NCBI RefSeq assembly: GCF_009914755.1
Contig: NC_060932.1
Reading direction: 5' to 3' (one strand)
DNA from: the human T2T-CHM13v2.0 reference genome, Homo sapiens
DNA length: 64,000 bases
Shown here piece by piece: positions 41,473 through 62,527 of the stretch. The first letter of the stretch is position 1; each line of letters begins with the position of its first letter. Made by a program: the position numbers and the translations under genes. A model generated the notes under the pieces. The model was not told the origin of the DNA. It saw nothing but the letters and a program-made list of their open reading frames with translations, and did no database searches.

Positions 41473-41685
41473 CTGGGGGTTGCCAAATCTTTTCTTTAAA
41501 GGTCAAAGAGTAAATATTTTAAATTGTGTAGGCTATACTGTCTCTGCCACAACTGCTCATTTATGCCTGTGTAGGGTGAAAGCAGCTGTGGATAATATAC
41601 AAATAAATGAGTGTGTTCCAATAAAACTGTGTTTCAATAAAACTAACAAAAACACAGTGGGCTATAGTTTCCTCATCTGTTTATT
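41473..41685. mobile_element. MER58A hAT-Charlie MITE
   Basis: ggggttgccaaatcttttctttaaaggtcaaagagtaaatatttta...gtgttccaataaaact. Confidence 0.82.
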
Positions 41686-43579
41686 TAACAAATAAACCTT
41701 TGTGTAGAGTGCAGCAATCTGCTTATAGAAAAGAATCTCAAAATATATATTTTGAAAATATCTTTTAAAAAAAAAGTGTAAGGATATTTAAATATTTAAG
41801 CCAATCTAGTCTTTGTACTCTGAAACCAAAAAAGAAGCCAAGAAGCCTCATCACCACTGCCCATGAACCTAATTTGGAAAATTAGTCATATTAAACTCAC
41901 TAAAAATCCAACAGATTGGGATATAGAAAAATGTGTAGATGAAGAGTTGATTTAATCCTGTGAGTTTTAGGGAAGTGTTGCATTCTTTGGTGCTCATTAC
42001 CAAATACTTATGTTACTTTGCACTTCTGTGTACTAAATAAAGTGCTGTACAGTGAATTATCTTCTTAACATCCCCACCCAAGAGGTAGGGAATACAAATA
42101 GTCATTTTGTAAATAAGGAATGTGAGATTTGGAGTAGGTAGGTGACTTGCTCAGTCATCAGAATGTAAATAGCAGACCCCCATGTGAATGAATCCACTTG
42201 ACTTCAAGGCCTGAGAAGTTAATGATGAGATTCTCCCGACTCTCAGTACTGGACTATTCTGCAGTAGTAAACAAATTTAAAAATAGGCAAACTTGTAAAC
42301 AGAACATGAAGGGCCTCAGATGCTGGGATGCGGGGTACGTGCTAGTTTTTTCTGTGGGTAACTAAGGATTTCCTGTTGTTGTTAAGCTGGGAATGACAGA
42401 GAAACGACAGGTGTTCTCACTGCCTCGTTCAATGTAACATCCATCAGACAGGTATGTGTTTCTTCTCTGGGCCTCGGTCCTTCTCTCTGTAGAGGGGGCT
42501 GGTCTGAGGCACCCTCTGTCTCTAAACTTCTGCATAATTGTGTTAATCACTTATTTTCACTTTCAGTGTACGTTTACTGTTACAGAGCTCAAAATGATGA
42601 CCAAGAAAGTAAAAGTTTTCAGCCTTCAAGATAAAAAAATTGGTATATTTAAATAGTACTTTGTCTTATCAGGTTTCTGAACACTTTTCATAAAGAAAAT
42701 AATTGTCAAAGTTTCTTAATATATTTTTTAACTAGTCAAATATCAAATGGTGGTAGTTAATAACTACTAACTACAAAAAATCCTATTATCTTTTAACTTT
42801 TGAGAAAAAGAACAGAACTGGAGTATTCATGGCAAGTAACCCAGTGTGTGAAAATAGCATCCTGTCAAAAGCCAATGGTATATAAAGACTTATTAATCTA
42901 GGGCAAGTGTTACTCTGGCTAAAACCCCCAGCCATGGCATGGCCCAGCAACTGTAAAAGGCCTGGGCTGACCTCTCCGAGGCAGGAGAGGGCACCAGTAA
43001 AGGATAAGAACATAAGCGGGCAAGTAAGGTCTAAGGATGCTGCCGGAAGATCTTATTAAGGAAACAAAAGCAACTGCAATGTGCTCTCTTTCCCAACAAA
43101 CAACCCAGCCACCAGCTACGAAAGAAAAAGGCAAAAAATGTGCAGAGTTCTCAACAAACAAAACAAAGGAATATGGTCAGGTAGAGACAGACTCATTTTT
43201 AAATAAAGCAAAATGCAAAGCATCTGTGACCTAGTCTGGTATTTTAATCCAGACTTGATCATTAGGGAGATCTCTGACAATCAACAAAGGAAAAACCTCC
43301 TCCAAGTTAGGGCAGCATAGGAAAAGCATTTTAAGATGACATCTGTCCAACTGCTCATGGCTTCAAAGAGCCCCTACTTGAAATACAAATGAGGAAAGTG
43401 AGTGCACATGAGGGTAATACGAGAAGACGAGCAAAAAGGAAACAATTAGTTGGTGTTATAACTATTACTCTTAGAATAACCTGATATTTGACTTTCTCCT
43501 CATAGAAAACAGCTGCCTAACTGTAAATCTTGAAAGTTAGTAAGAGTAACCCCAAAGTTGGGGTGGGGACTGTAGCTAC

Positions 43580-43691
43580 CTTGGGCGGTGCTTCATCAGA
43601 CCCTCCGGAGTCCCAGGACACTGTGGCCTGTCTTCTGGACTCCATCCTCATGCGCTCTTCTTGCTGAGCCTTCTCTTCCTCCAGGATTGTG
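43580..43691 (-). CDS. PTK2: PTK2 coding exon (S TILEEEKAQQEERMRMESRRQATVSWDSGGSDEAPPK); contains the FRNK start codon(s) and the VSWD caspase site
   Basis: Acceptor ctctAG|C and donor CCCAAG|gtagct; 112 nt, phase 2 to 0. ATGs at 43649-43651 and 43643-43645, the latter in strong Kozak context AGGATGG. Confidence 0.98.
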
Positions 43692-44298
43692 CTAGAGAGA
43701 CAACACATTGTCTTAGGGGAGCTGACAACCCAGAGTTAGCACACACTAGACCCCACCCTGAGTTATCTAAGGAACACCAGTTGGCTAACAGTAGATGATA
43801 ACAATAAAGGATCCTATACACAGGGGAAAGAAGGATCAGGTTTCTAACTCTCCACGAAATGATTCTAGAATAGCCTTGGTCCAAATGGGCAAGTCCATTT
43901 AAAGCACAGCCATAGGTAAGAAAAAGACAGCTGGTAAGAAAAAGAGGTTGCAGAAAATGAAGGATGGGCCAAGATGAAATGTTTGCATGCCAAAGTTTAT
44001 CTTGAGCAGAACAGAATTCCTCTGAGAAATCCCACGCAGCACTTTATCAAGCATATACATGTCTGAGGACAGATTCTTTTCACACCTAATGTGATCACGC
44101 CAGCACTTACGTGATCAATTAGCAATCTGGCCAATAATCTCCCTAAATTGCTCAATACAATCTTCCTATCGTTCAGCTTAACCAGTGCTTTATCTGATCA
44201 GGAAAATAAGCAAAAACACAACAGTATTTACAAGTGCTTCTGAAAATACTACTTGCTTTAAGCTGGAAACCCCATAAGTTGGTAACACTGCTACTTAC

Positions 44299-44860
44299 CA
44301 CTGCTTGACTACTCAGAAGCTATCTGAAGTCCCACATAACGCTGCAGCCGCTGCAGTGACTGCTAGGCAGCTTCTTCATCTTGGCTGTTTGCCATCACAT
44401 AAACCCCTCAGAATGCAGCCAAAGCGAGACTTTGCTAGTTTCCCATTCCACGCAGATGCCCCAGGGCTCAGCAGACAGTTTGAAACCCTCGTCCTAACTG
44501 TGGCAAACAGCTCTTCCTACATTCCTACAACTCTAGAGTTCTAATAATGACACTCATTCAAAGTTTCTAGGCTCCTGGTAGATAGTGTGCAGTAAACAAC
44601 CACCCAAAAATTACTCAGGAAAGAGTGACATCAGTGCACCAGACTTTCTAATCTGGGAATTTGCTCAACTGTTTAAAAAGACATTCCTGCTTGGCTGGAG
44701 GCTAGAATGTGCTGTTTCTCACACAACTCAACTTACACAGTCACCTTCTGAGTCAGGAAAAGAGACAAAATGTATTTCATAACTGCCCCAAGTCAGCAAA
44801 CCATCACTACAGATGTTAAGACGTTTTTCATCCCCAAAACAAAAGGGAATGTCTGCCTCA
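44299..44860 (-). promoter_or_regulatory. Candidate FRNK internal promoter and non-coding leader exon
   Basis: Strong donor GTG|GTAAGT at 44299/44298, about 0.6 kb upstream of the FRNK ATG exon. Repeat-poor segment with TEAD, AP-1 and FOX motifs. The position is inferred. Confidence 0.45.
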
Positions 44861-44876
44861 AGAAATGATCACATCA

Positions 44877-48670
<3,794 letters not shown>

Positions 48671-50819
48671 TAGTGGTTTTACAGTGCCCTGCTCTCTATT
48701 GCCTCACCCTTAAAATAAACACCACACCCTCAGTCAGAGTTTGTAAAAGTTTTAGTTTTAAACAGGTAAAAAGTCCATAAAAATCAAGAAAAAAAATTGG
48801 GGAAAACAAGTGTCTTTTCTTCTACTCCTTCAAATAATTAAAATAAAGGCAAGCTAAGAGAAGGCTAAGTGGGACATATTCTTCAAGGCAACGGGAACTC
48901 AGTTTTAAATGGGTTCTCATCAGGCAATGTTATTTCACACAGATTGTTTTGTGAAATGGGCCACTCTGATCTTAAGGCTACTTACTGTTTTCCCCAAGCA
49001 TCTCTAAAAGGACCCTGTGGAGTCCCTTGCCACAAGAAGACTCTCTCAGGCTCCATCTGCCCTGATATTTCTACCTACACACACTTCCCCTATTCTCTGA
49101 CCCACTGAATTTACTGCCTGAATGTTTCATTTCAGCCCTTAATCACATATTGCCATGTTGTGGAATTTAGCTTGTAAACTCCCTACAGTTGTCAGACATG
49201 AATCTAATTTCTCTTGTAAGCTAAGTATCACTTGCATATTATAGACACTTTGATATTTAATTAAACATCCGAGTTGTTCCTCAAAGAACATAATGACAAC
49301 TGGGAAGCAAGTTCCTTCAATCTCACTACTTCATTCTCATACCCAAAATAGCCTGTCAAAACGTTTCTGAGAAACCATAATTTGCTGCTCAGAGGAACCA
49401 AGAATATAAATAACTCATAAAAAATATCTGTTTTTACAATGGGAAGACTAGTCCATAGATGGAGTAGGAGGGCACAAGGAGACAGTACTGAACTTTTCTC
49501 TTTACAGCTGCTGAAGAATCCACAGTAACAAACTAGAATGTGCAGAGTATCAAGGAGGTCAAACTGAAGCATATTTTCCCAAACTATAAATATTTTTAGT
49601 AGCAATACATTCCATCTGAAAGCTCTTAGCTGCCTAATGTGAACTGGCAACAAATGAGCCCTCATGTTTTTTCCCAGAATGGTGGTTTCCAAGTCTCAAA
49701 CTTGCAAATAGATGGAACAATGAAAGCTGAGACTTGTCATTTAACAAACATTAGCACAATGATAATTACACTTTATTGATCCACGTGCACCACTGAGGAA
49801 CAGAATCCTGAAGCGGGGAAAGGAGTACTTTATTTAGTGTTAGTTTTATTTTTTACTTCTCTTACTTTAAAATAAAATCATTGAAGTGATCAGTTCACAG
49901 TAAAAGGACATAAAAACAGTTGCTCTGATTTTCTTCTTTTGGCCTGCAACATTCCCTATACAACTTGATGGTGAGCAAGAAAGTAGTCCTTCATTTCCAG
50001 TATGGACAGCTAAGACACAAAAATACAGCTCCAACAAAGGCAATTTTCAGAAGTAGAAAAGGCCAATTGATTCTGAGTGTTTTTCTTCAAGCTGTCCCAG
50101 AAGAAGCAACAGATAGATAAACAAGCTGCTTCTCTGGTGAGTTATGCAATTCCAGAGGAGATCCTGCCTACTTGAACCTGTTTTGTCATTTACAAGTAAA
50201 AATCACAGTCTACCCTAACTATTGTTAGAATGGAAAAACAACATATGTATTAATAAAAAATTAGTAAACTTCTAAGTAAACGTTAATTAGCTCTGTATTT
50301 TACCTGCCTCATTTACCACTAGGAAAGAACTGTGTTTTTGTCTTCATTTCTGTAATATTTTCCCTGAGACTGACTGTACTACTAACTTTTCTCTTTGCAA
50401 ATACAAAACATTTCTCCTTTTAAATGTAATAAATACTTTTTGCTTTATTAAATATGGGAAGAAAAACTTTTTAAAAAAGATTGGATTTTGATACTTAAAG
50501 GAATCATGTAAAACTAAGGATCTGTTTTATGATCCTGATCATAAAATTTGCTTTGGATATAAAATCAGTCTGGGTTTGCAGTTATTTAAGTTAATCTAGA
50601 AAACACCCAGAGAGAGAACAGCAATAAATTTGAAGGGAAAAAAGTCAAGCGGGAACTGGCTTGTTTTGGCAAGTTCATGGGAATACCAGTTTTGAAACAT
50701 GATTTCTTATAATTAGTCAACGCTGCTTCACCACAAAGGAATGGAATTGGCCTTTTAAAAACAAAACAAAACCAAACAAAACCCTACCGTCTTTGCAGAA
50801 AACAAGTCTGAGGTTTGAG

Positions 50820-51070
50820 ATGAAGCTAGGGATGGCATACCTGGAAGTAGCTGACCTAGTAGCTAAAGGCCATGATCACAGCATTACTGCTTATGCCTCT
50901 GCTCTTTTTCTCTTTTCTCTTAAGCAGTGATGCTGGAGATTATGGCCTTTAGTCTCCAGGTGGACTGGAAATCCAGCTTCATGGATATATTGAAATCATA
51001 TTTCTCTCATTGCTTCTCCAACTGCAGTAAATAAAGTCTTTTGTTTGGTTATTGTGCTGTATCGATCTCA
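50820..51070 (+). mobile_element. Possible ancient ERVL-type LTR fragment
   Basis: LTR-like 3' end with AATAAA and a terminal CA. Family not recognised. Confidence 0.3.
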
Positions 51071-51289
51071 AAATTATTTTTAAAAAAACCCTGATATCCA
51101 CTAAGACTGTACCTTTATTTTTTTCTATTTTTTGAATTGGGGTTTTGCTCTGTCACCCAGGCTGGAGTGCAGTGGCTCGATCACGGCTCACTGCAGCCTT
51201 GGCCTCCTGGGCTCATGTGATCCTCCCATCTCAGCCTCCTGAGTTGCTGAGATTACAGGCATGAGCCACCGCAAATGTTACTTTAAAAT

Positions 51290-53090
51290 GTTGACACCTT
51301 TTTCTGTTTCTGCTACGTGTGAGTAGCTCTTATTTGACCAACCCTCTTGCAGACAGGAACTGTATACTCTGGATATAAGAAACAACTGTGACAGCATGGG
51401 AGAGCAACCATAGGCAGCCAGATTCTGGAGGGAGCTGTCATGAGAAGGAAGAGAACGGCACTGGGTGGGTCCCCACTTTTCAGTGGCCATTAGTGAGAAG
51501 GCAGGCGCCAGTGTTACTGGCTTGAATAACCAGAGAAATGAGTTTGGAGCAATTATAGCTAGCAAAAAGGTAATCGGAAAAAAGTGAAGGGAGAAATCCC
51601 AGAATGAAGACAGGCAGAGAAGGAGTGCTTCAAATTCTGAGTATATATTCTGCACACATCTCTGCTGATCCTAGAATCATGCACACACAGTGCAGACTCC
51701 AAGCAGCCCAGCTAAGGCTAAAATAATGGAACAGAGATTTGCACTGCTGCTCACAGCGGAAAGAGGCTCTGCTACCTACCCATCAGCCACAATGTCTAGG
51801 ATATAATCTAACATTCCTTGATATACAAAAAAAAAAAAAACCCATAAAAATGTGACCCATTCTCAAGAGGAAAAAAAATTAAAGGAGGCTGATTCTAAAG
51901 ATGACTCAGATGTTGAAATCAGCAAGGATTTAAAAGAAGCTATTATATTCAAGGGTATAAAAGAAAATTTATTCATAATGGATGAAACGATAGGAAATGT
52001 CAGCAGAGAAACAGAATACAAAAAAAAGAAGCAAACAAAAATTCTATTACCAAAAAATACAGTATATGAAATAAAATCTCCATTGGATGAAGTGATCAGT
52101 AGGATGGGGATGACAGAAAAGGAGTTAGGGTACCTGAAGGTAAGTCAGTAAAAATGATTCAATCTGAAGCGGGGAAGGTCAGGAATGGGGAGAGGAGGAA
52201 GAGGAAGGGGAAGAGAAGGTGACAACGAGAGCTTCTGGGACTCAGCCTGAAGGACACCATCAGAAGTCTTAACACACGTGCGACTGGAATCTCAGAAGAG
52301 AGGGAAAATAGAACAGAAAAATGTATCTGAAGAAACAATGATCTAAGTTTTTCTAAATTTTATAAAAGATATGTTTATAGATTCAAGAGGCTCAGCAAAT
52401 CCTAAACACAACTGACATTAAGAAAACCACACCCAAGCACATCCTACTTAAATTGCTGAAAAATCAAAGAAAGAAAATCATGGAAGCTGCCAGAGAAAAA
52501 CACACACTGCATACAAAGTAACAATTGTATGGCCAGTGACTTCTCATTAAACATAACAGGGCAGAAGACAGTAAAAGAACATCTTTAAGGTGCTGGGGAA
52601 AAAAAAAATTACAACTCTGTCAACCCAAAATTCCTATCAACAAAGTTAAGTTCAACTCATTTTTAGATAATATAAAACTAATAGAATTCACCACCAACTG
52701 ATCTGCACCACAAGAAATGCTAAAAAAAATTATTCATCTGATGGGAAACCAAATGGAAATAAGCTCTTCAAGAAGAATGGAGCACTGTACGAAGTTAAAT
52801 ATAGAAGAGTGAGTTTGCTTACTTTATTTAAAATGGTATTTAAGATAAAAATCATAAACTAATTTTGTGGGGTTAATGGCATATGTGAATGTAACATACA
52901 TGACAATTTCAGCATAATGGACCAAGGTGGTGGTGGTAAATGGACATTCCTGCTGGCAAAGTTTCTACATTTTATATGAAGTACAATGATTAACTCTAAC
53001 TAAACTATGAAAAGTTAAGATGTATACTGTAATTCCCAGAGCAAGCACTGAAAACATAATACAAAAGGTATTGCTAAAATGCAAGTTTGA
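51290..53090 (+). mobile_element. Old L1M 5'/ORF1 region
   Basis: Decayed ORF1p-like translation (ORF 51852..52151; agattcaagaggctcagcaaatcc, ccacacccaagcacatc, A-rich). Confidence 0.75.
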
Positions 53091-53895
53091 GAAAAAGGTT
53101 AAGGCAGAGAAAGAGAGGTGGATGTTAAGTTATTGGTTTCAAAGTGCCAAATTGTGCACTTTGGCAAATTGTGCAAAGACAGAACTATGATAGGGACGTG
53201 TGGGTGAGAACCAAAAAGGGGTAAGAATTATTGTTAGATATGAAGCAGCTAAGAATAATTTTCAGTAGAAACAATTTACGTTTTACATTAAATTCCTATT
53301 AAATTCAGATTTGCAGTTTGTTTTTTATCACTGGGAAGACTGCGGGCCAAAACAGAACACAAACAAAAAACTCCTGAAGTTCACATGCTGTGAACATTTT
53401 AACTGTACGTAGCTATAATTGTGAAACAGCTTAGTCTTCTAGATAATATCTAGACCCAATAGGATAGCAATGCAAAAAAAAAAAAAAATACTGGTATAAT
53501 GACTAAGGAGGAATTTAGACACCACCTTTGAAAGGAATTTTGGAAGCAAATACAAAATCGCTTAAAAAAAACACAGTAGTACAAGCAATTTCATGTCATT
53601 AATCAAACCTAGAACTTCTAATTTAAAGTTCGTGTTGTGGGATAAGGGAAGAATCCAAAACAGGTTAAACATGTTTAAGATGCTGTTCACAGATTAATAT
53701 TTTAAAATTCATATCTCTATAATACATCTATAAAACATCAAAAAGATGTGCTTGGTATTTTGATAACAAGTATCTTGGTATTCTTATTATCTGAATAATA
53801 AGAATAGTTAATACTCATTCAAATCTCACAAGAACCCTAGAAAGTAGCTACTGAGTAGAAAGAGTACTACACTTTTTAGAAAAGTAGAGAAAGAC

Positions 53896-57895
<4,000 letters not shown>

Positions 57896-58479
57896 TACAC
57901 ACGCATACACTCCAGTTAAAGATGAGGGGAATCCCACAGTAATTTGAGTCTACTTGCAAATATTCTTTCAAGGTAGGGAAGGAGAATTCTTTCGAGGTCA
58001 AGAAGAAGAATGGGATTTGGGAAACATTTTTAACTACCATAATTTTAACGACCAAAGGGCTATCCAAACTTATTATTTCTTTGTTAAAATCTTGGAAATA
58101 ATAAAAATTTTGAAAAAAATTAATAACCTATTTAGTTATTGTGATACACTGTTATATGCAAATGTCCAAGTAAGCAATTATATTATATAGTGACATTTTA
58201 TAATATAAAATGGTGGCCTATTTGGTAGCCTAATTGTATATGTTCAAAACGCAAAGTTAAACACCATTTCTAAAACAGAACAATGCAGAATGAATGAATG
58301 CTCAACTACCTGTGCTAGTAGTATATAAGAAGATATCCATAAATTATACTACAGGTACCTATTTAAAGTAATTATATGTAGTTCTAAAAATATGTATTGG
58401 ATACTTTTTGGAGATAATTTACCTCAGTGGAGCATTCCTTAGTATTAAGAATCACTCATATGTTCTAAGCCTTGAATTC

Positions 58480-61000
58480 AGTGCCTGGGTGACTCTTCCT
58501 GTATCTAGCTAGCTAGGCTACTGGCCTGGAGGTTTGGGCAACACCGAGGTGAGTATGACCATCCCTGTCCTCAAGGAGCTTCAGTCTAGTAGGGGATGAG
58601 ACATACTAGACTGTGAGCTCCTCGAGGGCAGGAAAAGTGTTTTAGTCATCTTTGCCCCAGTGACTAGCACCAGGCTCAGCTACTGTAGGTGCTCAACAGT
58701 GTTTATCGAACTGAATTGAACACGGGTTGCAGCCATCTATAGCAGCATAGGGTAAGCCTGACAAGAAGAACAAAGAGCTTTGGAGACTCAGAGGGTGAAG
58801 GCTAGTCAGCTGTGAAGTCACAGAAGACCCAGTGCGTGAAAGAAGCCGAGAAAGATGGGTAAGATCTCCCCAAATGAAGAAGGAGGCATTCTGGGCTGAC
58901 AGGAGGGTTAGTTTAGCTACTGTGTGTGAAAGGGATGAGAAGACAATCTCAGGCCATAATGAAATGAGGCCTAAATGTTACTGTGGAAGCCTTTACCCAA
59001 ACATAAAAGGTGACAAAACCCCACTGAAAGTTGTTTTGACCAGGGGAGTTATTTTTCCAGTGACATTTCAGGAAGATTGACTAAGCTGGTCATGCCAGAC
59101 AGATGGGAAAAGAGCGTGGGATGGAGGGTGGGGGGCAGGCACAAGGAGTGAAGCATGACTCCAAGATGGTGCCGAAGATAAAGGCACTATTCCAACCTGG
59201 AGGAAGTGAGGAGGAAGGGCTGGCATAGAAGAGAATGTAACAGCTTGCTTTCTGGATAAACATGATGCCCAGCCAGCAATTTAAAATGTAGGTTTGGGAC
59301 TTGAGAAAAGGGCAGGACCAGAACTATAGACAGACAGAGGTAAGCAGCAAAGCCATGTGAATGGGTCAGACATCCTGGGAAGAGTAATGAGAGAAAATGG
59401 GAGAAAATAAGAGGCTGAAAACAGAAATTTGGTTAATATTCATGGTAAAGGTGGAGAGATGGCAAGTCAATGAGGTAGAAAGAGATGCCAGGGAGGTGGG
59501 GTGATAGAACTGGTATCAGAGAGGAACAATGCCAAGGACAGAATCTGTCAAATCCTGAGGAAAGATCAAGGAGGAACAAATAGGAGCAAAACAACATGCA
59601 ATAAAGCATGTCCAAAAGCCAGCTGTAAAGGTGAGAGAATAGGCAGTTAAGTTATATGAGAATTAATTAAGGAACTGAAGATTTTTGGCTTGAAGAAACT
59701 AAGAGGAGGTAAGGAAGCTGTTTAGAATTACCCTGAAGGCCTATCGTGTGAAAGGCAGAGTAGGGTTGTTCTATGGGGCCTTGAAAAGTAGAACCAGGCC
59801 GGTGTGTGAGAGTTATGGGGACGGAGACCAAGAGCGTGGCTGGTCTTTCCAATGTGGGGCTCACTGTATTGTAATAACCAGTGATACCTCGGTCTCCTCC
59901 ACCAGACTTTAAACTCTCTGGGGGCAGGGATTGGGTCTTGTTCACTGTTGGACCCACAGAACCTAGCTTAGAATAACAAAGGTGCTTAGCAAACATTTTC
60001 AGACTGGATGAATCCTTTGTGCTTCTACCTATAGGTCTTAATTCTTCTTTGAAATACTCTCCTTAAAAGGAATCCTGTCTAGCAGGTTGAACAGCTTGAA
60101 CATGTGGTGAGAAGGCTGGGCTAGATGGTGAAAGGCCTGGACCCTGCAGTTGATGATTTTTAGGAAAAAGACTAAAATACAGCATGAAAAACAAACCCAT
60201 AAAAACTCACATAAAATGGAGGAAGTCCCCAAGTGTGAAAACAGGTGACACAGCACACACTGAACCATGGTATTGTTTATATAATAAAGCTTCTCATGCC
60301 TATGTGTTATATTACAGTATCTTGTTTATTACAGTATTAAGTCTCATTCTAGACTCCAATTCAATTCAATTCAACAAATGTTTATTGAGCACTTATATGG
60401 TGCCAGGTTCTAAGCTTGGCATTGGGGCTACAGAAATCAGTAAGACACAATGATGCCCGTCAAGAGCTCTGAGTGTAGCTGGGGACATGCACAAGCGAAC
60501 AAGAACCTCTCCAGGCCAGGCAACAGGGTAGAGTATGCACATGCTTCTCTGAGGGATTCAGCACACTAATGTCCCTGCGTGCTTCCTCCAGGGGTTTAAC
60601 AGTACCTGGCACAAAGTAGTAGCCACAAAATGGCACCTGAACAAGCAATGGATGTTTTAAATATAAAAACAGAAGTATTCAAAAGGTGGCAAAGGAGTAA
60701 TTCTCTCTTTCGGGGCAGGGTTGATTAGGAAGCCTTCCTGAAGCAGGTAACATCTGAGCTGGGTTCTGAAAACTGAATAAAAGTTTATAGGTGGCAAAGA
60801 TCAGGAAAGGGATTTCTGGGAGTGAAGACAGCATGTGAAAACGCAGTGAGCTGTGTTAGGAGAATTATAAGTAGGTATTGCTGGATCACAAAGTGTGAGG
60901 GAGACAGAGATGGAGGGTTGTGTTAGATGAGATTAGTGAGGAAAGCCGGGACTAAGTTATTACGGGTCTTGTAAGCCATGCTAAGTCAGAAGCTAGGGGA
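58480..61000. mobile_element. L2/MIR relic field, including the opposed L2 3' ends that form the miR-151a hairpin
   Basis: L2 3' motifs (ctagactgtgagctcctcgagggcagg, gtaggtgctcaacagtgtttatcgaa, caattcaacaaatgtttattgagcac). Confidence 0.7.
58546..58635 (-). ncRNA. MIR151A: Intronic pre-miRNA miR-151a (5p 58605-58625 UCGAGGAGCUCACAGUCUAGU; 3p 58569-58589 CUAGACUGAAGCUCCUUGAGG)
   Basis: Both mature arms recognised. They pair into a hairpin, lie on the same strand as PTK2, and MIR151A is known to reside in a PTK2 intron. Confidence 0.96.
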
Positions 61001-61231
61001 GAGAGATTTGACCATAATTGGAGCTTTATTAAAATTTTAAAGATATAATTTACTTAAGACTCTAGCAAGGTACAAAGAAATGCAAATCAATTTTAAAAGT
61101 AATTGCATTTGAACGAAAAATAGTTCGGCCTTAGACATACTGATATAATGACCTTAAAATGCTATTACTGCAAGGAGGAGAAGCAGCATAATCTGCCCCC
61201 ACCCCCAGGCCCTCTCTCCCGCCAACTCCTA

Positions 61232-61576
<345 letters not shown>

Positions 61577-62122
61577 TTAACTCTAGTATAAAATAACCTA
61601 ACGATTTAACATGATGTAAATAATGAAATGTTAAATTATTATCAAGAAAAATGCTGTAATTTTTCTCAGAGGTTTATTTTTTCTCTAGAAATCCTCTATT
61701 AGAAAATCACCCACTAGCTACAGTGGTACTTCGTGGCTTAATGCAGTAGTTCAAAAAATGCTGAATTTTAATCCGCCCCACTTTGGTCTCATCTATTTAT
61801 AATTAGAGCAGCTGACCTGAGGTCCAATAAAGAAAATCCTAGGATAAGTCTTACGCTTTTGGAAAACTCAGATTCCTTAAAATGCTTCCCTTAACAAGGT
61901 TGGCCTCTTCTTGTCTAGAGTGCATAAAGGCACCATTATCTGGTTTATTCATGGACTGGTCACTGTTTTCCCCCAGGAAAGATGTGGAACTTCTTTGGGC
62001 TTCAAGTCGTCTTGTCTATAAATGCCACAGTGTGACCTCAAAAAGTTTACTTGCACTCTACCCTTGGGAAATCCAATACTTTCTTAGTATCTTCTGAATA
62101 ATCCTTAAAAATTCACCTTTAA

Positions 62123-62527
62123 GATGGGATAAAGAAAATGTAGTACATATATGCCACGGAATACTATGCAGGCATAAAAGAATGAAATCATGTCCTTGGC
62201 AGCACCATGGAAACAACTGAAAGCCATTTATCCAAAGTGCATTAATGCAGAAACAGAAAGCCAAACACTGCATGTTCTCACTTGTAAGTGGGATCTAAAC
62301 CCTGGATACATATGGACATGAAGATGGGAACAACAGACAGCAGGGAATAAAACAGCAGGGAGGGAAGGAGGTGGGTAATGGTTGAAAAAGTACCCATTGG
62401 GTACTATGTTCACTATTTGGGTGATAGGTTCAACTGAAGCCCAAACCTCAGGACTGTGCAATATATCCATGTAACAAACCTGCACATGGACCCTCTGAAT
62501 CTAAAATTCAAAAAAAAAAAAAAATTT
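62123..62527 (+). mobile_element. 5'-truncated L1 3' end (L1PB/L1PA-type)
   Basis: L1 3' UTR and polyA, with 16-bp TSD aaaaattcacctttaa at 62107-62122 and 62528-62543 following a TT|AAAA site. Confidence 0.9.

Noticed and set aside
49261-49692. 143-aa minus-strand ORF
   Set aside because: Non-ATG start, no homology, and not part of the FAK sequence.
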